NCBI RefSeq assembly: GCF_009914755.1
Contig: NC_060925.1
DNA from: the human T2T-CHM13v2.0 reference genome, Homo sapiens
Reading direction: 5' to 3' (one strand)
DNA: 64,000 nucleotides
The position numbers and the translations under genes are program-made. The notes beneath the pieces were generated by a model, which saw only the letters and a program-made list of their open reading frames with translations, made no database searches and was not told the DNA's origin. Shown piece by piece: positions 48,956 to 64,000 of this stretch (its first letter is position 1; each line of letters begins with the position of its first letter).

Positions 48956-49993
48956 TGATCTCTTGACCTCTTGATCCGCCCTCCTCGGCCTCCCAAAGTG
49001 CTGGGATTACAGCGTGAGCCACCGTGCCCGGCCAGGACTTAAGTCCTTGTGTCATGACAAGGTCAGATTGGTAAAGAGGCAGGATGGAATGCATGACTCT
49101 GCATAGGGTGAGGGGCCCTGATACCACGCACAATCTTTTGTCTTTATTTCCAGGGGCAAATCCCATCTATTTTCTCTCTCTTTTTGACTTTTATTTTTCT
49201 GACCATTTTTTCTCAGTAATGCCTTCATTGCTACCATTAGCTGGCCTTGAGTTATTGTTATTATTATTTACTTTTTGTAGAGATGGGGTCTCACTATATC
49301 ACCCAGGCTTGTCTCAAACTCCTGGCCTTAAGTGATCCTCCCGCCTTGGTCTCCCAAAGTTCATGCTCAGATTACGGGCATGAGCCACCACACCCTGCCA
49401 GGCCCTAGACTTTAGTCCTTTCCCCACCTTACTGGTGGAGTCTGGACCTTCTCACCGACAAGGATTTACCCATCAGTCTGTTGGGCTTTGGAGTCAGATA
49501 GCACTGAGTTCCAATCTTGGCTCTGCCAAGTACTATTAGCTTTTTGTTCTCAAGTAAAGACACTCACTTCATTCATCTCTTTCATTCAGTTCCCTCATCC
49601 ATAAAACAGGAGTAACAAGTAGTACTTGTCTCATCAGTGGTGGGGAGGCATGAAGACTAACTGAGTTAGCTCAGGCCTAATACAGTGCCTGCCACACACT
49701 AAGCCCTCCATGAATGGCAGCTTATATAGATGCTATATATGTGAACACATTAGAGCTTTCTCCTCACTTTCTCAAGTTCTTTGCTAGTTGGTAACCAATG
49801 AGAGTGACGATGTCATCTCTATTGTGCCCTTGGGCTGGTAGGAGGAGTGTCAAAGAGGGAGATGAGAGGCAGGAGGGAAGGGTGGGACAGGAAAGCAGAG
49901 GGGGAAGACCCTGTCTCCACTCAAGACTTTTAGAGATGAAAGAACAGGAAGCTGAGATTGTGCCAGGAAGCACCTGCTAGCTTGCCATCATGA

Positions 49994-50326
<333 letters not shown>

Positions 50327-50545
50327 TGAACTCCTGACCTCAGGTGATCCACCCGCCTCAGCCTCCCAAAGTGCTGGAATTACAGGTGTGAGCCACTGCA
50401 CCCTGCCAGGAGTGGTTTTTTGATGAGATCTCAAAAGGTCCTTCAAACATGGCAGTTATGCAATTAATCACATGGGGCAGAAAACAGGGGTGTTGTCAGA
50501 TTGCAAAAGAGCTGGCGTGAGAAAGGCAGATCACGAAAGCCTGGG

Positions 50546-51140
<595 letters not shown>

Positions 51141-51144
51141 ATAA

Positions 51145-52183
<1,039 letters not shown>

Positions 52184-52521
52184 GTACTATATATTATTTT
52201 TAAATGTTTTCATTCTATTTTTGATGGACAAATAATAATTGTATATATTCATGGAATACAATGTGATATCATGATACACGTATCAAAATTGCTAAAAGAG
52301 TAGATTTTAAATGTTACCACAAAGAAATGCGCTGTCTCCTTTATCCTCCAAACTGCCCTTGGAGATAGATTGTCTCATTTTCACGATCTTATCTATGAGG
52401 AACCAGAGGCTCAGCTAGACTGGATTTGCCGAGGTCACAAAGTTTGTAAATGGCAGAGTCAGAATTCAGACTCATATATCTCGTGCCAGACCCTGACCAC
52501 AGAAGTTGGGCAGCCTAGATG

Positions 52522-53862
<1,341 letters not shown>

Positions 53863-53941
53863 GATGGAGGGGCATGGGGTCTCTCTTATACTTCTGGGCA
53901 ACCATCTCTTCCCTGATCTCTTTTTTTTTTTTTTTTTTTGA

Positions 53942-54223
<282 letters not shown>

Positions 54224-54450
54224 TGATCTCATTTTTATCCTTCCTACCTTGGACCATTTTACCGAGCCATGTTTCCAGCAACCAACCAAATTGTCCTTAA
54301 AATCTCTGATCCTCGAATGCTGGGGGAGACTGATTTGAGTAATAGGACACTAGAATGGTTGCTCCAAGGGAGTTAAGGCTTATTATTTGTTTTGTTCACT
54401 CCCGTATCTTAAGTGCACCTGCCTCACCCATGGTCACTGCTCAGTAACTC

Positions 54451-56602
54451 TTTCTTTTTTTTAATTGTAGGCAACCTTTATTACAGAAGTCCCTTATTTT
54501 AAGTGACTTTTTGCCGATTTTAGATTTGAAGGGAAGGTCTACAGTTAAGCTTGGAACCACTTAGTATCCAAGAGGGTGGCAGGAACATGCAACCCCTCAA
54601 AGCAGGTGGCATGGGTGCCATTGGGAGGGGATCTGGGGCCTGTCTTGTGCCCTAAATCTTCCTCCACCTGAGACATGCACCCCAGTGTACCAGAGATGCC
54701 TAAGACTCCAATCCCCCAGCTCTGGCTGTGTGGAAAAGGTGCCTACTTCACAGAATCAAGCTTCAGTTGACTACATGCCAAAGAGAGACAAGGTTAAGTG
54801 TGGCCTTTCATGGTGTCAAGAAGCAGTTAGTGTCCTGATTTCCCCTCCATCCACTCGCCGACCTGCTGCAGCCTCCCCGGGCACCTCAGGCATAGAAGAT
54901 GAGCTCAGGGATCTGCCCACCCTGGACCCCAGTCCCGTTGGTGCTGTCCGAGGAGCACTGGAACTGGAAGGCCACCTTTCTGCACTGCACTTGCGTCATC
55001 CCCTCCTGCCCAAAGTAGCTGAGGTTGCTGCCATCCAGAACAGCACTGGCCATGTAAAAGGTGTCTTGTTCAACCTGGACCGGGTGTTCAAACCAGACCG
55101 GGAAGGTGTTACTGGATCTGTCCGACATGAGTTTGGTCAGATTCTGAGCCAGAACTACCCCAAGCCTCTTGAGCTCAATCTTCACGCTGTACTCAGCCTT
55201 CCCAGAGCTGGACCCACACAGGCCTAGCCCCGCAATAAATACCCTTCTGTCCACTGCAAACTGGATGCTGTCGCAGCGCCCGCGGTACTGGCATTGGTTG
55301 CTGCGGTAGGCAGAAGACTGGAATAGGTGGCATCTCTGCGGGGCGAGGCCCTTCCTCTTGATCAGGGAGAAGTCCAGGCGGGGCTTGTTGGTGGCCGTGT
55401 ACCACAGGAAGATGGTGTGGGTCTCCTCCAGAGTCAGGATGTCTGGATGTCTGACTGGGCAGCGCCGTTGGCAAACTCCTCTAGGGTCATGGTTGGAATT
55501 CGGATCAGATAGAGGGCTGGCCCCAAAACATGCCTCTTGTTTTGTGGGGTGACTGGCAGCCCCTGCCTCTTGCACTCTGCCTTGGCCCAGTTCAGGACGG
55601 CCTTGAAGACCACCGCCTCCTGGTGTTGAGGGCCTTGATCTCCAACGTCTGCCGGTCCATCTCACAGAAGCCTTCGGACCGCAGGGCCATCTCGGCCTGT
55701 GCGTCGATGACCTCCCAGCAGCGCTGGGTCAGGTCGGGCTCCTCAAACAGCCGGCTCTGGGACAGCAGGACGCAGACGTTCTTGGCTTTCAGACTTGTCC
55801 CCAGAAAGTTGACGCAGGCTTTTGCCAATGCTGGGACGATGTACTTCTTAGCAGCCTACAGAGTGGCCAGCACCGTATCCGCTTCCAGATCGATCTCATC
55901 ACTGTACACGTACTTTAATAGGATCAGAAAGGCTGCGGGCTCCAAGTCTGGAATGTGAATTTCAGATTTGACTTCCGCCAGGTCCCAGTAGAACATGGCA
56001 TAGAAGACGGAGCTGCAGGCAGCCAGGACGTACTTGTGGGCGGGCACCGTCCTGGTCGCCCCCGGGGGTCCCACGACAAAGTGCACGTCGGCCACGAGCT
56101 CGTTGTTGAACATGAGCGCGTTCCTCTCGCGCAGCGTGGGGGACCGCGCCATTTGGGGCTCTCCGGGTGGTTGTTGCCAAGTGTGGGCCGCGCGGGCGCG
56201 GGCGCGGGGGCGCGGTGCAGGCTGCGCTGCCCGGCCTTCCTGCCCACGGCGGCGCCGGCGTTGCTGTGGGCTAGGACCGCGGCCGCGGCGCTGGCGGGGA
56301 CGTAGAGCTCCGCCGCCATCCTCGAGGGCGGGGCGTCGGGGGCAGCCTCGGAGCCTGTGGACCCCCGCCCCGCGCCCTCGCGCCGCGCCGGGGCCTCGGG
56401 AGCGGCTCTGCAAGCAAAAGCAGGGAGGTCGGGCGCTGAGCGACGCGGCGGTGATGGCAGGCCAGGGGCAGCACCATTCATGGGCGGCGGCGGCGGCGGC
56501 GGCGCTGCGACCCGCGGGGCTGCCACCCGTGCCCCTACCACCCCCGCCCCTGCGATCCTGCCAGAGCCTAGCCTAGCGCAGCCGGGCCAGGCCTGGCCGC
56601 AG
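54451..56602 (-). pseudogene. BTBD6P1: Processed pseudogene of BTBD6 (BTB-BACK-PHR protein)
   Basis: Intronless homology from MVLPLACHH... (56477) and MAAELY (56319) through the BTB domain (ADVHFVVGPPGATRTVPAHKYVLA) to the PHR C-terminus GQIPELIFYA-stop (54886). Disabled by TAG at 55856-55858, frameshifts near 56360, 56150 and 55620, and an 8-nt duplication near 55440. 3' UTR with AATAAA 54477-54482, A-tail remnant 54451-54462, degenerate TSD CA(G/A)TAACT(G)CTTT at 54442-54453 and 56603-56615 next to an L1-endonuclease TTTT/AA site. Confidence 0.93.
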
Positions 56603-57547
56603 CAATAACTGCTTTTTAATGGATTGGTTGGAGGTATTCTCTCTGACACATGCCAGCATCCTCAAGGAGGGTAACCTGCTTTCTAATTTTCAAAGTGAGG
56701 CCGGGTGCAGTGATTCACACCTGTAATCCCAGCAATTTGGGAGGCTGAGGTGGGAGGAGCGGTTGGGCCCAGGAGTTCAAGACAAGCCTGGGCAACATAG
56801 GAAGACCCCGCCTCTACAAATAAAAAAAAATTAGCCAGGGGTAGTGGTTCATGCCTGTGGTCCCAGGCACTTGGGAGGCTGAGGTGGGAGGACCACTTGA
56901 GCCCAGGTGGTTGAAGCTACAGCTAGCCGTGATGTGCCACTGCACTCCAGCCTGGGTGACAGAGTGAGACCCCAGGCTTTGTCAAAAAAAAAAAAAAAAA
57001 GCATTTCTTTTTAACGTGCGTCAGTAAGAAGGGCATGCCTAGGTTAACATATCAAAAGTGCTCCTCATAGTATCTGTGAAACAGCCTTGCAGAACCTAAC
57101 CTGCCAGGCCATAAATGCAAGGGTGAAAATGGGATTGTGGGGAGCTTCACTTTAACAATAGCTAGTTGTGTAAAATGCAATTAATCCTCACAGTAAGTCA
57201 GGAAGGGTGGTCCTATTATCATCATCTCTGTTTTGCAGACAAGGAGACGGAGGCGCAAAGATGCAGTGACTTGTCTGAGGTTGCACAAAAGGGCAGAGCC
57301 CGATATGAACCCAAACCTGTGCCCAGGTCTGCAACTGTCACAGGAGCCTGCCTCCTAGTTGCTCAGCTGGCTCCTGCGGCTTTCTCCCGGGGACTTCTCT
57401 CTAATCTTTCTGGGGGGCCCTTTGAAATGTTAAAAAATTGCATTTGGGCTCCCGATTTTCTGCTTTACCAGATTCCAGAGTTCACACTGCCTGAAGACAG
57501 GAATCTTAGCTTTGCCCCACTAGGGAGCTCCTTTGTGATCCAGGTGA

Positions 57548-57904
<357 letters not shown>

Positions 57905-58617
57905 TAAAAGGCCTATCTCCCTCTTTCAAAGAGAGTCTACTACAGAAAATTATTTGATGCTCTGTGATATTACAGCATAAATGACTGATAAGCATGTGTG
58001 GATCTCTTTCACCCTGAGGGTAGCCTGTTACTGTGAAATCTGTCAGCCATCGGGAAGTATGCATTTGTCTGGGGGTGGGAGGAGCATTGTTAAAATCACA
58101 CCTGGAAGTGGCCAGTCACCCATTCTGTCCATGAAGTGCTCTCTGTAGGAAAGGAAACTTTCATACAAAGTAAGGCATTATAACCAGGGAACAGAGAGGT
58201 CTGTCCCCTGATGATGAGGACTTTTCATGGTGGCTTCTCTCTAAAGCAGGAGTAAGACAGGGTTAACCACGTGGTGAACATTCTGAATCACCTGTGGTTT
58301 GCCTCCAGGCCACTCTACCTCTTCCTGGTTTGGCCAGATCCCAAAGGGTAGAGCCCCTACCCCAGCCATGATTCTGGTTTGCTTATAGGGTTGCATCAGT
58401 CGGGGGTTGAGGTTGCAATTCAGGCTGGTTCCCAGAACAGGGGAGTTTGTGAAGCGATGTGGAGAGCCATGGAGGCTCAGCTCTTGAAACACTCTGGTGA
58501 TTATGACAATAGTAGCAACTAATACTGAAATTGCACCTACTGTATACCGTGTGTCAGGCACTATTCTCTGCACTTAACTTTTCTTTTCTTTTCTTTCTTT
58601 TTTTTTTTTTGAGATGA

Positions 58618-58962
<345 letters not shown>

Positions 58963-60763
58963 TAGTATCACTCCTGTTCTGTAGTTGGGGAAACCAGCAT
59001 CAGCAGAGAGGCTTGACTCATGGGGCTGATAAGATCTGTGAGTGGTGGCAAAGGGGCTGGAGGGGACAAAGGGACAAGCTGGGCAGAGGCTGATGGATGA
59101 ATTAAACCTGGCATGAGGACTCAGGCCACGGAGAGACGAGGAACAGCCAGGGATAGGCCAGACATCTGGGGAGCTGATCCTCCTGTAAGTTCCTTCTACC
59201 TCTCTATAATAGAATTAATTAAGGTGCATTTGTGCATCTGTTGGCTTTTGGTCCCTGGGACCATAACAAAGAACACATGTTGCAATCTCTGGCCTGGGAT
59301 TTGGGATCTAGCGGGATCACGGGACACTCTATCAAGCCAATCTCAGGCCTCGGGAGCCAAACTTGCAAGGTGGCCTGGATTTCTAGTTCCTGTTCCTGTT
59401 CTGTGTAAAAGAGATTCTCAGTTGGTTCTGAACACAGATTCTCAGTTGGTCCTGAACTTACCCTCGGAACCAACTGAGAATAAGGAGGAAATAGGTAGAC
59501 AGAGGCAGCCTGAGTCATAGTTGTGAGTTCTGATTCTGCTCCCACTCTGATGTTTTTTGGAGAACTAGGCTTAAGCTGTCTTCCCCCCTCAAACTCTCTA
59601 GCAGTGGGACTCCAGGCCCACACCACTGTACCCACCTCCTGCCCCTTATTAAAGCTGTGTTCTCTCGTGCAAATTACGTCGTCTCCTTGAGCCCCACTGT
59701 CCTTGTCTGTAAAATGGGAATAATGAAAATACCTCCACTCAGGACTGTTGTGAGGATTAAACAGTATGTATGGGACATAGAAAACTTAATTTTACAAACC
59801 CCAGTGGAAACTACTCGAGCCATTTCATAATTTTCTATGGCCCATGAAAAAGGAAGTGATTTTAAATAAAATGTACTATTTACAATAAGTGTATTGTTTA
59901 AAATTTTTCTCTAACTTTTTTTTTTGTTTTCCTATCTTTCTTTTTTTTCTTTCTTTTTTTTTTTTTTAGAGATGGAGTTTTGCCACGTTGCCCACGTTGG
60001 TCTTGAACTCCTGAGCTCAAGTGATCCACCTTGAGCTTCAGCACTTCCCAAAGTGCTGGGATTACAGGCGTGAGCCACCGCACCCGGCCAATTCATACTT
60101 CTTAAAAGTAATTTTATGTTTGCTATATGATAAGATAAAATAGGTTTCATTTAGCTGGGAGTGGTGGCATGTGCCTGTAGTCTCAGCTACTTGACAGACT
60201 CAGATGAGAGGATGACTTGAATCTAGGAGATCAAGGCTGCAGTGAGCCATGATTGCACCACTGCACTCCAGCCTGGGTGACAAAGTGAGACTCTGTGTCA
60301 AAAAAAAAAAAAAGAAAAAATATGTCTCAGGCCCCTATTTGCATGCCTCTCTGTATATGCCTTGCAGGTGTAGATCTCTTTTATACCCAGTACAGGAAAA
60401 GACAGAATACATCTTTCTCTCTTCTTACCAACCTTTGAAATGTTGTGAAGTAGTAGGATTTCTCTAATATGCCATATAAGAAAGTTGATCAGATAAATGT
60501 AATTTATGAATCTTGAAGCAGGCCGGGCATGGTGGCACACTCCTGTAATCCCAGCACTTTAGGAGAGCAAGGTGGGCGGATCACCTGAGGTCAGGAATTC
60601 GGGACCAGCCTGGCCAACATGGTGAAACCCTATCTCTACTAAAAATACAAAAAAATTAGCCGGGCTTGTGGCATGCACCTGTAATCCCAGCTACATGGGA
60701 GGCTGAGGCAGGATAATCGCTTGAACCTGGGAGGTGGAGGTTGGGACGTGGAGGTTGCAGTGA

Positions 60764-61081
<318 letters not shown>

Positions 61082-64000
61082 TAGAGATGAGGTTTCACCA
61101 TGTCGGCCAGGCTGGTCTCAAACTCCTGGCCTCAAGTGATCCACCCACCTCAGCCTCCCAAAGTTCTGAGATTACAGGCGTGAGCTACCGTACCCAGCTT
61201 CCTTGTATTTTTGATATCAGTTTCTTATGCTGTCTTTAATCATTGGCTCAGTAAGGGTATAAATTAGATGATATCAGATTAAGAGGAAAAACGATGTAAA
61301 GCCATATATCAGCCAAAGCTGTAGCTGAATGATTAATTGCCTGGTTGTGAGTCATGAGCTAGTTTGTTCTATCACCACTAACTACTGCTTTTTTTTTTTT
61401 TTTTTTTTTTTTGAGATGGAGTCTCCCTCTGTTACCAGGCTGCAGTGGCGTGATCTTGGCTCACTGCAACCTCCGGCTCTCTGGTTCAAGCAATTCTCCT
61501 GCCTCAGCCTCCTGAGTAGCTGGGATTACAGGCACATGCCACTATGCCCGGCTAATTTTTGTATTTTTAGTAGAGACGGGGTTTCACCATGTTGGCCAGC
61601 ATGGTCTCGATATCCTGACCTCATGATCTGCCCACCTGGGCCTCCCAAAGTGCTGGGATTACAGGCATGAGCCACCGTGCCTGGCCAACTATCGCTTTTT
61701 AAATATTTATTTTATTTTTGAGATAGGGATCTTGCTCTGTCACCCAGGCTAGAGTGCAGTAGCACAATCTTGGCTCACTGCAGCCTTGAATTCCTGGGCT
61801 CAAGCGATGCCTGGCTATACCTGCCAGATTTGATTCTTCCACTTATCCTAGGAAGATCTCACATTGAGAAAAAATATTTTAAATATTACAATAATTATTC
61901 ACTAATTTTTAAAAAAATGAAAACAGGCATCAAGACCTTCTAATGATGTGAACCTTCTGGAACATCTCCCTCCCTAGTGGGAAAAGCTGGTAGAAAGTAG
62001 TGGGAAGACAGACTTGGGTTTGACTCCTGTCTCTGCCTGTTGTGTCTCAGCCTTAGTGGCTTCATCTGTCAAATGGGCCCATTGGAAGGGAGGGAGGGCT
62101 ACAGAAGGTCAGTGAAGCACCCTCTGGCTCCTTCCTTGCTCTCAGTGGGCTCTATTCCCCAGCTTCCAGCTCCATCAGATTTTCCAGGACCCAAACAGAC
62201 CCAGGGAGAGACACAGAGGACGAACTCAATGAATTTGGGCTGAGGCAACACTGTGAACGCAGCTGTGGCTCTCAAAGAGGAACTTAGGGGTTGCCTCAAC
62301 CTCTAGGGAGGCAAGGGAGCCTCTGAGAGACAGGTGGGGTGGTGGGGGTGAGGGAGTGGGAAAAGCTGCCTTTGACTCACTGTATGAGCAGGAGATCAGA
62401 GACCTCCTCTCTGGGCAGTGGAAGCAGGTGGGGGAGGGGAGGAGAAGCCGTGAAGCTCACCGGACACCGAACCACGAAGTCCCCTCTGCTCATGGGCTCA
62501 CCCACATCCTCCCCGACTGGATGGGGCCCCAGCAGCCTTCACTCCCTCGCCTGCTGGGGAATCCTTCCCTCCCTGCTTGGCCCTAACTCCACTATGCAGT
62601 TCCTCCCCCATTAATCTGGCCTTGTCTGTCATTTTCTCTCCTTGGCATTTGAGGTCTTTGCTGCATGGCGTGAGGACTGAGTACATCCTTTCTCTCCCCA
62701 GGAGATGGAGGGAAAAGAGAACAGTTTTACACTGTTCTGGGTTCTGCTGGAAGAAGGCTGAGACCTGATCTTACTCTTCTGGTGGTCCCTGCAGCATAGC
62801 TGGGGACCGAGAGCCTTGGCTGTGCGTGGGTTCCCACTCTGCCCTCTCCCGAGACTTCAGTGTCCTCATTTATAGCTTGGGGAGAGAAAGAGAATTGCCT
62901 TTACAGGACCGAGGTGAGGATTACATAAGATAATGCCTAAGCACAGTCAGGGAAGGTCTGTCAGAGATCATCATGGAAACAGGAAGTCACCTGGGCCAAG
63001 GGCTAGAGCCTCAGGGTCTTGGCACAGAGTAGACACCTCACAAGACTGGATTGGACTGCTCAGTTTGGGGTGGGAGGAGAGAAGCCGGCCATATTCATAT
63101 GATATCCCTCCAATTTCCTCCCCAGCGCAGGTTCTCGGGTTGTCCATGTGATGGCATCTGAAACGCAGCCTGGCGAGCGACACAGTAAAGACAACCCTGA
63201 TCATGAGTCCCCGAGCCTGCCCTGCATCTCCATACCTAGAGGCATTTCCACTCCCGTTCTCCTATTTTGATTCCCACCACAATATGGCTTGGTTCTGGAT
63301 CCAGATTGACCTGGACTTGAGTCTCAGCTTTGCCATTACCACCAGTTATGGGACTGTGGACAAGTCTCTCTCCTTCTTTTTTTTTTTTTTGAAACAGTAT
63401 CTTGCTCAGTTACCCAGGCAATAATAGCTCACTGCAGCCTCAATCTCCCAGGCTTAAACAATCCTTCCACCTCAGCCCCCTGAGTAGCTGGGACCACAGG
63501 CATGTGCCACCATGCCTGGCTAATTTTTAATTTTTTTTTTTTTTTTTTTTGTAGAGATAGGGTCTCACTATGTTTCCTAGACTGGTCTTGAAGTGCTGAG
63601 CTCAAGCTATCCTCCTGCCTGGGCCTCCCAAAGTGCCAAGCTTACAGGTATGAGCCACCATGCCCGGCCCCTTGGATAAGTCTTAAGCTTGTGTGAGCTT
63701 CAGTTTCTCACCTTGCAAATGTGGTTAGTGATAGCAGCCCCCTCCTAGGCTGTGGTGAGGACTTAATGAGGAACGGTCACAGAGCTCAAATGTGTAGTAA
63801 ATGCTTCATCAATCTTCGCTTAAGAAAAAAACAAGAGCGGATCACCTGAGATCGGGAGCTCGAGACCAGCCTGGCCAACATGCAGAAACCCCATCCCTAC
63901 TAAAAATACAAAATTAGCCGGGCGTGGTGGTGCATGCCTGTCATCCCAGCTACTTGGGAGGCTGAGGCAGGAGAATCGCTTGAACCCAGGAGGCAGAGGT

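Noticed and set aside
54886-55665. 259-aa ORF ending in an intact PHR domain, as a possible functional retrogene
   Set aside because: Starts at GTG, the first ~75 residues are out-of-frame junk, and the first in-frame ATG lies deep in the domain; upstream stop and frameshifts mark a pseudogene.

Overview
Human (or near-identical great-ape) genomic DNA from the FUCA1-CNR2 locus (1p36.11), extremely Alu-rich. Both genes are on the minus strand. FUCA1 (lysosomal alpha-L-fucosidase): CpG-island promoter and coding exons 1-5 lie at 5448-19373; later exons fall off the left edge. CNR2 (cannabinoid receptor CB2): the single coding exon has its CDS at 25638-26720 (R63 allele) and its acceptor at 26765; everything to the right is its long 5'-UTR intron. 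That intron holds a full-length processed pseudogene of BTBD6 (about 54450-56602), a retroposed U13 snoRNA copy, an LTR8 solo LTR and a second ERV1-type solo LTR. A full-length SVA sits in FUCA1 intron 5. Almost all other ORFs in the track are Alu, SVA or microsatellite artefacts. I find no new multi-gene system. The most unusual unexplained structure is a ~290-bp non-Alu inverted repeat in the CNR2 intron (39606-39891 and 40638-40931). Its downstream arm contains a complete 127-nt, uATG-rich candidate cassette exon that the upstream arm could mask by base-pairing. Repeat family names are from memory of consensus sequences, identities are by eye, and repeat boundaries are approximate.
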